A DNA stretch of 64,000 nucleotides from Patescibacteria group bacterium (lineage in GTDB: Bacteria; Patescibacteriota; Minisyncoccia; Phycocordibacterales; Phycocordibacteraceae). The notes below the pieces were generated by a model. That model made no database searches and was not told where the DNA came from. It saw only the letters and a list, made by a program, of their open reading frames with translations. Where the stretch lies: NCBI GenBank assembly GCA_040388985.1, contig JAZKAU010000001.1:59359-123358 (forward strand), given 5' to 3'. Each line of letters starts with the position of its first letter. Position 1 is the stretch's first letter. The position numbers and the translations under genes are program-made. Below, one piece after another: positions 52,097 to 59,931 of this stretch.

Positions 52097-52907
52097 AAGC
52101 AGTAAATGTCTCAAGAGTATCAACGGAAGAACAAAAAGAAGCTGGTAATTCGCTACCCGCTCAGTTTGAGCGCATAGACAGCTACTGCAAGAATAAGTCC
52201 TTTGATGTAATTGAGACATTTAGCTTTGACGAAAGTGCTTATAAAGAGAAGCGAGACGAATTTGATAAGCTCCTTGAATTTGTTCAAGAAGCCGCAAAGA
52301 AGGAAAAGATAGCGGTTTGCTTTGATAAGGTAGACCGTTTGTCTAGGAGTGTCTTTGACACTCGCGTCGCCACTCTCTATGAAATGGCTGTTGCTGACAG
52401 GATAGAACTGCACTTCGTTTCAGAAGGACAGGTCATCAATAACAAAATGTCAGCCGTTGAGAAGTTTCAGTTCGGAATGAGCTTAGGTCTAGCAAAGTAT
52501 TACTCGGACGCGATTGGCGATAACGTCAGACGTGCCTTTGAGCAAAAGCGCAGGAATGGAGAATTACTAAGGACATATATGACAAAAAGCATCAGGACTA
52601 CCACGACCAGCTTCAGGTCTTGGAAATTGAAATGTCAGAACACAGGAAAGCAGATTATGACTACCAAACCACGGTAGCTACAGTGCTTTCTGTCGCTCGC
52701 AGGGCAAAGCAAATCTTTGAAAGTTCTGAAGCTGCAGAAAAACGAGCGTTCCTGAACTACCTACTTCAGAACCCGAGTGTAAACGGAAAAAAGCTATATT
52801 TTTCAATAGCTTCTCCGTTCAATCTAGTCCTAGAACTAGCTGATAACCCTAACTGGCTCCGCGGGCAGGATTCGAACCTGCGACCAAGTCGTTACACATT
52901 ATCCTAA
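52093..52907 (+). pseudogene. Serine recombinase (resolvase catalytic domain) with a frameshift near 52545-52560; the downstream frame reads into tRNA-Asn
   Basis: VSRVSTEEQ catalytic Ser motif, DRLSRS; ORF 52093..52677 and ORF 52620..52907 are in different frames and rejoin as ...FEQKRRNGEW/RITKD...; C-terminal ...LRGQDSNLRPS is a translation of the tRNA T-arm. Confidence 0.55.
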
Positions 52908-53164
52908 AGTTTCCTAAAGGGGTGGACTATATCATCATCGGGTCTCGATGCGAGGCGCTTCCGATCCGCCAACTGGCGGACAGTACTCCCTTACGGGATA
53001 GTCTCTACACCTTCCAAGTCTTATCGCTAGATAAATCTTGGCTTGGCTCGGGATTGCCCTTGCTTTCGCAATAGGGTTTCCCCGAATTCACCTCGTTTGC
53101 AACCAGGATTCCTCCTGGAGGCTGCCATTGACAGCGACCTGCTCTACCACTGAGCTACCGCGGA
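52854..53164 (-). tRNA. tRNA-Asn (GUU) interrupted by a 236-nt group I intron between anticodon-loop positions 35 and 36; CCA encoded
   Basis: 5' exon TCCGCGGTAGCTCAGTGGTAGAGCAGGTCGCTGT (53164-53131), 3' exon TAACGACTTGGTCGCAGGTTCGAATCCTGCCCGCGGAGCCA (52894-52854); U1:A72 and G73 as in bacterial tRNA-Asn; loop CUGUUAA. Confidence 0.7.
52895..53130 (-). ncRNA. Group I intron (IC3-like, tRNA-intron type)
   Basis: P1: exon GCUGU pairs with intron GCAGC (U.G at the splice site); core GGUGAAUUCGGGGAAACCCUA...CCCGAGCCAAGCC...AAGGUGUAGAGACUA closely resembles Azoarcus tRNA-Ile and cyanobacterial tRNA-Leu introns; ends in omega-G. Confidence 0.7.
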
Positions 53165-53302
53165 ATATTCTGTATGTCTTTGAACGACTCCCGGGGAAAC
53201 CGGGAGTTCGCTTATTCTAGGCCGAAACCTGCATTTGGGCAACCATTGGGGATAGCTCTGGTGCGGTACTATAGGGATATTAGCCGGTAACCTCTTCTGC
53301 CC

Positions 53303-53587
53303 ATGCTTACGTTATATGTAATGACCGGCTGCCCGTACTGCGCGAAGGTACTGAAGGCAGCTGAAGAGCTCGGGGTTACCCTTGAGACGAAAAATATCGA
53401 TGACGACGGGGTGAGCGATGAGCTGCTGGAGCGCGGCGGCAAAGCGCAAACGCCGTTCCTGTGGAGCGCTGACGAGGACGTGAACATGTACGAGTCGGGC
53501 GCTATCGTCGACTATCTTCACGAACGCTTCGGGGACGGAAAGGTAGACTCGAACGGAGTTAGCAACCCTATGACATGCCCAATATGA
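53303..53587 (+). CDS. grx: Glutaredoxin
   Basis: LTLYVMTGCPYCAKV CPYC active site, 94 aa. Confidence 0.75.
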   Translation: MLTLYVMTGCPYCAKVLKAAEELGVTLETKNIDDDGVSDELLERGGKAQTPFLWSADEDVNMYESGAIVDYLHERFGDGKVDSNGVSNPMTCPI

Positions 53588-53946
53588 ACATCCATTTCAA
53601 GAATTCCGGAGAAGCACTACCGTCCGCGCTCGTCGACCGCATCCAGAAGAAGCTTACTAAGCTGGGCAAGTTCATTACGGAGCGCAACTACGAAGCCCAG
53701 ATATTCGTAGACGTGCGCCGCGAGAGCGGCGCCAACACCTCAGACAAGATGTGGCGAGCCGCCCTTAACCTCGACCTGGCAGGAGATCGCTTCAACGCAT
53801 CTGAAGCTGCTGATACGCCCGAGAAGGCGAGCGAGCTTGCGATACGGGAGCTGACAAGCGAGCTGCGTAAGGCGCATGCGAAAAGCCGGAGCGAATCTAA
53901 ACGCGGAGGAAGCGTGCTTAAGCGCTTGATGCGCGGTTTCCGCTAA
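53584..53946 (+). CDS. hpf: Ribosome hibernation promoting factor / RaiA family
   Basis: MNIHFKNSGEALPSALVDRIQKKLTKLGKF aligns with the HPF N-terminus (MQLNITGNNVEITEALREFV..KL). Confidence 0.55.
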   Translation: MNIHFKNSGEALPSALVDRIQKKLTKLGKFITERNYEAQIFVDVRRESGANTSDKMWRAALNLDLAGDRFNASEAADTPEKASELAIRELTSELRKAHAKSRSESKRGGSVLKRLMRGFR

Positions 53947-53964
53947 AACTCCCTAAAAGTTCAT

Positions 53965-54050
53965 CTGCTTTGTTTCGGGTCCCGCTTCGCTCCTTCGCCG
54001 TACGGCCGTGTACGTCTACGTCGCTCAGCTTCCTCGGCGCCCTGGCATCT
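53965..54050 (+). repeat. Structured intergenic element, copy 3 of 3 (divergent; hpf 3' region)
   Basis: ctgctttgtttcgggtccc... cgccgtacggcc ... ttcctcggcgccctggcatc; shares the 19-nt 5' box and the ccgtacg loop motif. Confidence 0.4.
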
Positions 54051-54057
54051 GAAGCTT

Positions 54058-54933
54058 TTAAAGAGTCTTAGATACTACAGAAGTAGTCTCCCACCCGTTC
54101 TGTGCAAGGTATGAAAAGTCCTGTTCTTTCTTGCCTTCCGGTACGATGCGCAGGACATTGAATGCGCCATCCTTATAATCGGCCTCAGCTATCTTCACCC
54201 GTATCTGGGTATCGCCCTTATGCGCGAAGAAAAACGTTCCAGGAGATTCTTTGAAGGCGCGGTAGGTGTTCCAGTTCGAAGTTGCGTCGCCTGATAGGTC
54301 GAGAAGTCCTTCTTCCTTCTTTATCTTCCGCGCTCTTGTCGCGAGCGCGGGGTCCTGAGGTACAGGCGCGATAGATCCGTCGATGAATCCCGGCAGAGTC
54401 TTTATGAGAAGCTCGGCGCCGAGCCGAATGAGGCGGGGCCGGAGCGTAGTAGTCGTATCTTCCGGAAGGATGGGTTCTTCGGCTTGTGCGAGGACATCTC
54501 CTGCATCAAGCTCGAAGGCCATCTGCTGGACGGTTACGCCCGTCACGCTCTCGCCGCTACGCAGCGCGCTCTCGACGGGAGAAGCACCTCGATACTTAGG
54601 GAGAAGAGAGTAATGGATATTGAGTATGCCTTTCGGGAAGGCGTCGATAAGAGCCTGGGGGATTATCTTCCCGTAAGCCACGACGATAGCGTAGTCGGGG
54701 TCATAGGCCGCGAGCTCTACCAGGAATGCGTCGTCGAGCGTGCCCGGTGTGAGCACGGGAATGCCATGCTCGCGCGCCCAGGTCTCGGTCACGGTTGGTG
54801 TGAGGGTAAGGCCGCGGCCCTGGGGCGCGGCAGGGCTCGTGACGACGACCGCAGGCGTGAATCCTGCCTCATGCAAAAGCTCGAGCGTGTCGCGCGCGAC
54901 ATAAGGAGTACCGAAATAAGCAAAAGTAGCCAT
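54058..54933 (-). CDS. fmt: Methionyl-tRNA formyltransferase
   Basis: MATFAYFGTPYVARDTLELL..., ILNIHYSLLPKYRGASPV formyltransferase motif. Confidence 0.85.
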   Translation of the reverse strand: MATFAYFGTPYVARDTLELLHEAGFTPAVVVTSPAAPQGRGLTLTPTVTETWAREHGIPVLTPGTLDDAFLVELAAYDPDYAIVVAYGKIIPQALIDAFPKGILNIHYSLLPKYRGASPVESALRSGESVTGVTVQQMAFELDAGDVLAQAEEPILPEDTTTTLRPRLIRLGAELLIKTLPGFIDGSIAPVPQDPALATRARKIKKEEGLLDLSGDATSNWNTYRAFKESPGTFFFAHKGDTQIRVKIAEADYKDGAFNVLRIVPEGKKEQDFSYLAQNGWETTSVVSKTL

Positions 54934-54950
54934 GGGATTAAGAGAGCAAG

Positions 54951-55502
54951 CTAGTCGACAGTATCTGCTGAATGATGTTCGATCGTATGACGCTCCTCTC
55001 CTCGCTTGAGCTCATAAAGGTCGATGGCGTGATCGGTGAAGAGGACACCGTCCAGATGATCTATCTCGTGCTGGAAGACCTGCGCGAGTACGCCGCCTCC
55101 GCCGCGTTCGAAGGCGCGGCCATCGATGTCACGGGCACGCACGGTGGCGCGCACATAGCGATAGGTCTTTCCGTAGATACCGCGTACCGAAAGGCATCCT
55201 TCGTCCATCTCTTCGCGCCTGCGGGAAGCCCGGACGAAGACCGGATTGATGTAGACACCGATGTCGGGAGGAAGCGGTCCTTCGGGCGGCGGAGGATACA
55301 GGCGGTCGTAGCGCACGACAAAGATGCGTAGCGATACGCCTATCTGCGGAGCTGCGATAGCCACGCCGTCCTGCTCGGCGTGAAGGGCATCCACCATGTC
55401 GGAGACGATACTTGTAAGCTCCTTGCTCCCGAACATCTCCTCCGACACGTCAGGAGATGCGTTACGCAGGACCGGGTCGCCATCCTGGACGATAGTCTTC
55501 AT
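54951..55502 (-). CDS. def: Peptide deformylase
   Basis: GVAIAAPQIG, EGCLSVRG, HEIDHLDG metal-binding motifs. Confidence 0.9.
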   Translation of the reverse strand: MKTIVQDGDPVLRNASPDVSEEMFGSKELTSIVSDMVDALHAEQDGVAIAAPQIGVSLRIFVVRYDRLYPPPPEGPLPPDIGVYINPVFVRASRRREEMDEGCLSVRGIYGKTYRYVRATVRARDIDGRAFERGGGGVLAQVFQHEIDHLDGVLFTDHAIDLYELKRGEERHTIEHHSADTVD

Positions 55503-55814
55503 ATCGGCACGATATCATAAAAAAAGTTAGCGACCCATAAGTAGGGTCGCTGGGCTTCCGAAGAAGCAGGTGACTGGTATTCAGTGTGGGAGGGCTCGAG
55601 CATTCGATCCTAGCTGGTAAGAGCGGGGAGGCCGAGGCAATAACTCTTTTCCAACTCCATGAATGAGGTCGCGCACAGGGGCGTTCAATTCCTAGCACGG
55701 GGTCTATCCACGTCGAGGGGCTTCCAGCCCTCCCTACACTTACTGCCGCGCCGCCAAATGTCTTCGGGTCGCGACCATGCGGAGCAAGGCTCTCGCTATG
55801 GCCTCAGTTTTATA

Positions 55815-57686
55815 TCACCATAATGACTCCGGGTCAATATGCACACGGATACTGGGCGGGAGACTCTGAAGCCTGCCAGAAAGCCGCTGATCAGGCCAGG
55901 TGCCCTCGGGAAGCGTAAGGACGAGAGTGCGCCGCAGCTGTCGCCCGGCAGTGGCGCGATCAGGCAGCGTCGCGTAGCTATAGGTATCAAAGGCCTGCGC
56001 GACCTGATCTTCCAGGTGTGGCAGTACCTCAACTGACGCCTCCATATGAAGCACGATTAGCGTACCGAAGGGCGGGTAGCCGAGCGCCTTTCGCAAGCCT
56101 GCTTCTTCATTAAAAAAGTCCGTGCCGGAAGAATCGCTCACGGCGCTCACTGCCGTGTCTGCGGCGCGGCGCGTCACGACGACAAGCTTCTTCGCAAGTC
56201 CCGCAGCGAAGAAGGCGAGTCGCACGAACCGTTCCCGGCTTCTCCAGAATGGAAGGGCAAGCAAGCTATCAGCAGAGGCGATGACAGCAAGCGAGAACGG
56301 CTCTTTCTCCCGAGAATCGAGTAGCAGCCAGGGCAAGAGGGATTCCGTGCCCACTATGATGGTGCCAGCGCGCGCAGTACCGCTGAGCGCCTTCAGAGCG
56401 GCTGCACGGGTCTTGAGCGTTTCGGTCGCAAGCGAGACGATGAGAGCATTCGGAAAGGATTCGTGAAGTTCCTCTGCGGCGCGCTCCATGCCCACTCCTA
56501 GAGGAAGCAGATTCCAGCTGCCGCAGCGCGCGCATACGGTCTTCTCGTCTTTAGCGTCAATGACGGTCTTGCCGTCGCTTGAGCGAAGAAGCCGCGCGCC
56601 GCGGGAAGTCGCAAACGACAGCGGCATGCCGCGGTCGTCTACTACTGCCTGCCCGCAGTCGCGGCATACGACTGCGGGAGCGTATCCGGTACGACTGGTA
56701 AGAACGAGAACACGTCCGCCGCCTTCGACTTCTTTACGGATAGCATGCTCGACTTCCAGAGGTATGGCTCGCCACGGTGCATCGTCGACTGCTTGTCTCT
56801 TTTCCTCTCCGTCATCTGGGCGGCGCGCATCGCATAGCGCAACGGCTGTCTTGAGGGGTGACGTAAGGGGGCCTCCAGGTTCCGGGCGATATTCAAGCGG
56901 CAGTGGATAGTCGCCAAGCGTAAGCCGGATGCCGCGCGCACGGGCGAGCGCTATCAGTGCGCGTACGACGTCGATGTACGGGCGTTTCTGGAGCGTATAA
57001 GTGCCTCCGCTGACTCGGTCGACGATAATGGCGCCGAGCAGAGCGATAGGCGTCCAGGAGAATGACGGGGTGGCGAGTATGAGGCCGGTATGGGTAAGGG
57101 CTGTCTCAAGGGCGCGCCTGCGGCGCGCCTGCGCGAGCGCGCCTGAAAGTACGAGCGGCTTATACGTCGCGAATGTTTCCTTCCAGAACTCAAGCTCTGC
57201 GAGCGTAGGCGCAACCAGCATCGCTGCGTGGCCTGACGCGACGACAGCGTCGATCTGCGCGCGGTATCGCTCTATACGATCTTCAATCGGTTGCTCGAGC
57301 ACTGTCTGCGCGAATCCCGCGCCTGGAGTCTGCGCGTGGTCAAAGACAAGCAGTATCTCGCTTTTCACATACTCACCAAATAGAGTCGCGAGCACGGAGC
57401 CGAGCGACGCTGCCTGATATGCCGATACTTCACGGGCCGCCTGCATGATGCTCTCCGGAACGCTCCCTGCGGGAGCGGGCGTGCTGCCTGACAGCATGAA
57501 ACTCGCGCCTTTGAGCATCGCCTTGGCTTCGGCTACCCCCACGCATGAGACCACGATGCCGCGAGTGGCCTTCTTGCGCAGCGTGATATCGACGATCGTG
57601 CCAGATGGAAGCTCCTTGCGGCTGCGATATGAAAGCACGCCTGCTGGCGCACTCCTGGACAGGGGAATCACATCGATGACGAACAT
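55815..57686 (-). CDS. priA: Primosomal protein N' (PriA)-like with degenerate helicase motifs
   Basis: Typical PriA N-terminus and Cys4 zinc finger (CRDCGQ...CARCGS), but the Walker A position reads DHAQTPGAGFAQT and the DEAH position reads IVDRVSG. Confidence 0.6.
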   Translation of the reverse strand: MFVIDVIPLSRSAPAGVLSYRSRKELPSGTIVDITLRKKATRGIVVSCVGVAEAKAMLKGASFMLSGSTPAPAGSVPESIMQAAREVSAYQAASLGSVLATLFGEYVKSEILLVFDHAQTPGAGFAQTVLEQPIEDRIERYRAQIDAVVASGHAAMLVAPTLAELEFWKETFATYKPLVLSGALAQARRRRALETALTHTGLILATPSFSWTPIALLGAIIVDRVSGGTYTLQKRPYIDVVRALIALARARGIRLTLGDYPLPLEYRPEPGGPLTSPLKTAVALCDARRPDDGEEKRQAVDDAPWRAIPLEVEHAIRKEVEGGGRVLVLTSRTGYAPAVVCRDCGQAVVDDRGMPLSFATSRGARLLRSSDGKTVIDAKDEKTVCARCGSWNLLPLGVGMERAAEELHESFPNALIVSLATETLKTRAAALKALSGTARAGTIIVGTESLLPWLLLDSREKEPFSLAVIASADSLLALPFWRSRERFVRLAFFAAGLAKKLVVVTRRAADTAVSAVSDSSGTDFFNEEAGLRKALGYPPFGTLIVLHMEASVEVLPHLEDQVAQAFDTYSYATLPDRATAGRQLRRTLVLTLPEGTWPDQRLSGRLQSLPPSIRVHIDPESLW

Positions 57687-57797
57687 GACCCTATTCTATA
57701 TCCAAATCTTCCTAAAGTTTCGATCCCTAGTCTCCCAGCAAGTTGCTATGATGAATAGATGGAAGATTTTCTCCTAAAAGGAAAACAAGGTGAACGT

Positions 57798-58148
57798 ATG
57801 GCTATTAAAGTCAATTCTCGTTTTCCAAAGCAGGGAGTTCTAGTTTTGCTTGATCGGGAAGAGAAGAGCGGCCCTTTCGTAATTGTTTCTGGTAAAAAAT
57901 ATCCCATTGTCTCCCTTCGCCAACCACCTGAGCTTTGTGGGATTGATGAGTCCACATTCGACCCTTCAAAGAAAGATGAGTGGATACAGCCCTACCGTGA
58001 ACAGTTTTGTGATTCGCTTAATCTAGCTGTTCTTAAAAGCGGAATCGACACGTTATTTATTGCCGCCGGAGGAGTGCCGTGGGTGCGAAGCTCCTATTCC
58101 TCGTGTATGCCACAGGTATCCATAGTCGAGATAAGTGAGGATAGGTAG
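57798..58148 (+). CDS. Hypothetical protein (AT-richer segment)
   Basis: Start at MAIKV with AAGGTG upstream. Confidence 0.3.
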   Translation: MAIKVNSRFPKQGVLVLLDREEKSGPFVIVSGKKYPIVSLRQPPELCGIDESTFDPSKKDEWIQPYREQFCDSLNLAVLKSGIDTLFIAAGGVPWVRSSYSSCMPQVSIVEISEDR

Positions 58149-58228
58149 GTTCCAACATCGTCCCAGACTGCCAGCAAAGTAGCGCAATCAGCGTTTTGGG
58201 TGTAAACGCGAGTATCAGGACTTTAGTA

Positions 58229-58807
58229 TTAGCCAAACGAGATCTGGTTTTCAAATGGCCTTGTTCCGTCAATGACAATATCAGCGCGCGCTTTAGGGTT
58301 ATCGCGCTGCATATATACTTCCTCTTCCTCAAACCACTCCTGCCACATCGCAGCAATCTCTTCCTGTGTCTTGCCTGTTCCACTATCCCTTTCTATGCCG
58401 CGCTGTAAGCATATCTCCTTTGGGGTATCAACGAATATAGTCAAGCTAATATAGTCCTTAAACTCCTTGCGTGATGAACTAACACCCTCAAGTACCATTA
58501 TCCGAGAAATAGGCTGGTCTGCCACGGGTTCGGGATAATGATTCTCCCACCATTTTGAGCGAGGATAGTTAAGCGTCTTCGCGCCGTTTTCGATTGGCGT
58601 GAACACACGCTCTATAACCAATGACCACCAGTTCAAAGGATTGTCCCAACTTGCGAAATCGTCCGTTTGGATTAGCTCGGCATCGAGCTTCTGGGCAAGC
58701 CATTTCGCTAGAGTAGATTTACCAGAACCGCCGTGTCCATCTACAGCGATAAAGAGCGTTTGTCCTACTTTGGGCTTTTTGGTAGCTATCAGTTCTCGCA
58801 GATTCAT
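58229..58807 (-). CDS. P-loop nucleoside/uridine-kinase-like protein
   Basis: IAVDGHGGSGKSTLAKWLAQKL Walker A, 192 aa. Confidence 0.5.
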   Translation of the reverse strand: MNLRELIATKKPKVGQTLFIAVDGHGGSGKSTLAKWLAQKLDAELIQTDDFASWDNPLNWWSLVIERVFTPIENGAKTLNYPRSKWWENHYPEPVADQPISRIMVLEGVSSSRKEFKDYISLTIFVDTPKEICLQRGIERDSGTGKTQEEIAAMWQEWFEEEEVYMQRDNPKARADIVIDGTRPFENQISFG

Positions 58808-58895
58808 AAAAGTAGTTTACACCGTTACCGACAGTTCGTAGGAGAGGATTCTGTAGCTGAATTCCGATTTGCCAGCAGTACGATATAGTTAAAAG

Positions 58896-59282
58896 ATGTT
58901 TATAACCCAGAAGACTATCGTGCTCAATTCGGAGGGAAAGATACTGGCACTGCGGCGCTCAGATACTGACCCGAGCCGCCCGCTTACCTGGGACTTGCCC
59001 GGCGGATATCTTGAGGAAGGCGAGGTTCTGGAGGAAAGCGCGCGGCGCGAGATACGGGAAGAAGCGGGGATTCAGGTCGATGATCTCAGAATTTTCGATG
59101 CAGCAGCGGGTCAGAGTCAAAAGGGCGAATACTGGGTACAGATATGCTATGTGGCGCACGTCGACATGCCAGAGATAATCATTAGCTGGGAGCATGACCT
59201 GTATGAATGGCTGACCAAGGAAGAATTCCTTGCACGTGAGTCTTCAGAGAAGATCGTGCGCTTCTTACAGAAGTTGCCGTAA
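58896..59282 (+). CDS. NUDIX hydrolase
   Basis: GGYLEEGEVLEESARREIREEAGI Nudix box. Confidence 0.75.
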   Translation: MFITQKTIVLNSEGKILALRRSDTDPSRPLTWDLPGGYLEEGEVLEESARREIREEAGIQVDDLRIFDAAAGQSQKGEYWVQICYVAHVDMPEIIISWEHDLYEWLTKEEFLARESSEKIVRFLQKLP

Positions 59283-59583
59283 CTGTCGAGCATTGACAGG
59301 CATACTGTTCAGACCTACTCTCTTTGAGACAGTCCCGAGTAGTTCGGACTGGTTGTACAAAGAGGGGGCGAAATTGGCCAAGAAGCAGCGCAAGAAGAAT
59401 TCCGAGAAGATCTCTGCGAGGGCGAGGACTCACGTCGCTCATCGCAGGAAAACCCGTGCAGAGCGTTCCGGCCCCCCGCCGGGGAAAGGCAAGTCCCGCG
59501 GGAAATAACGGCACGCGCTACGTGCCTGCGAACTGGATATGCGCCCACGGATGATTCCGGCGGGCGTGTATTTTTTAATGGTC

Positions 59584-59856
59584 CTACCAGCAGATACCCG
59601 AAGTGCAGGGAAGATCGCCGTCCAGGAACCATCGTCCTTGATAGAGGACTATCTTGATGGTCTGTCCTGTTCGAGTCTTGCAGATACCGTAGGTATCGGT
59701 ACGCTCAATGATATCCGTGCAGCCGCGGAAGGCGTAATAGTTCTCAAAACTGCTGTGGGCTTTCTTAAGGCTCTGTACCTGCCAGAAGGCGAGTGCAGCG
59801 AGCACGATTGCAGCCAAGAGCGCGAGAGGAATGGCGATCTTCATCCAAGGTTTCAT
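59584..59856 (-). CDS. Small secreted Cys-containing protein
   Basis: Signal peptide MKPWMKIAIPLALLAAIVLAALA; 90 aa. Confidence 0.35.
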   Translation of the reverse strand: MKPWMKIAIPLALLAAIVLAALAFWQVQSLKKAHSSFENYYAFRGCTDIIERTDTYGICKTRTGQTIKIVLYQGRWFLDGDLPCTSGICW

Positions 59857-59931
59857 ACTTTAGATAACATATAGAAAGGGCTGTAAGTTGCAGTCCTCAG
59901 CAAGTTACCCCTTACTTGGGAATGCGTAAGA

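Larger units (their letters stand above)
43190..52907. mobile_element. ~9.7 kb lower-GC integrated element (genomic island) adjacent to tRNA-Asn
   Basis: GC drop at ~43190; serine recombinase, excisionase-like HTH and Rep_trans-like genes at the right end abutting the tRNA 3' exon; 11-bp direct repeat gcgggcaggat at 43282 and 52861. Confidence 0.55.

Noticed and set aside
55503-55814. tmRNA / RNase P RNA / SRP RNA in the def-priA intergenic region
   Set aside because: I searched by eye for the hallmark motifs (GGAAAGUCCGGGC / ACAGAACCCGGCUUA, tRNA-like 3' end with GGUUCGA-CCA, AGGUCAGGUCCGGAAGGAAGCAGCC) and none is present on either strand.
59230-59508. Basic 92-aa ORF (…AKKQRKKNSEKISARARTHVAHRRKTRAERSGPPPGKGKSRGK)
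   Set aside because: Low-complexity basic translation of a GC-rich spacer with no start context. A TTGACA-17-TACTCT promoter-like motif at 59293 was noted, but no convincing downstream gene.
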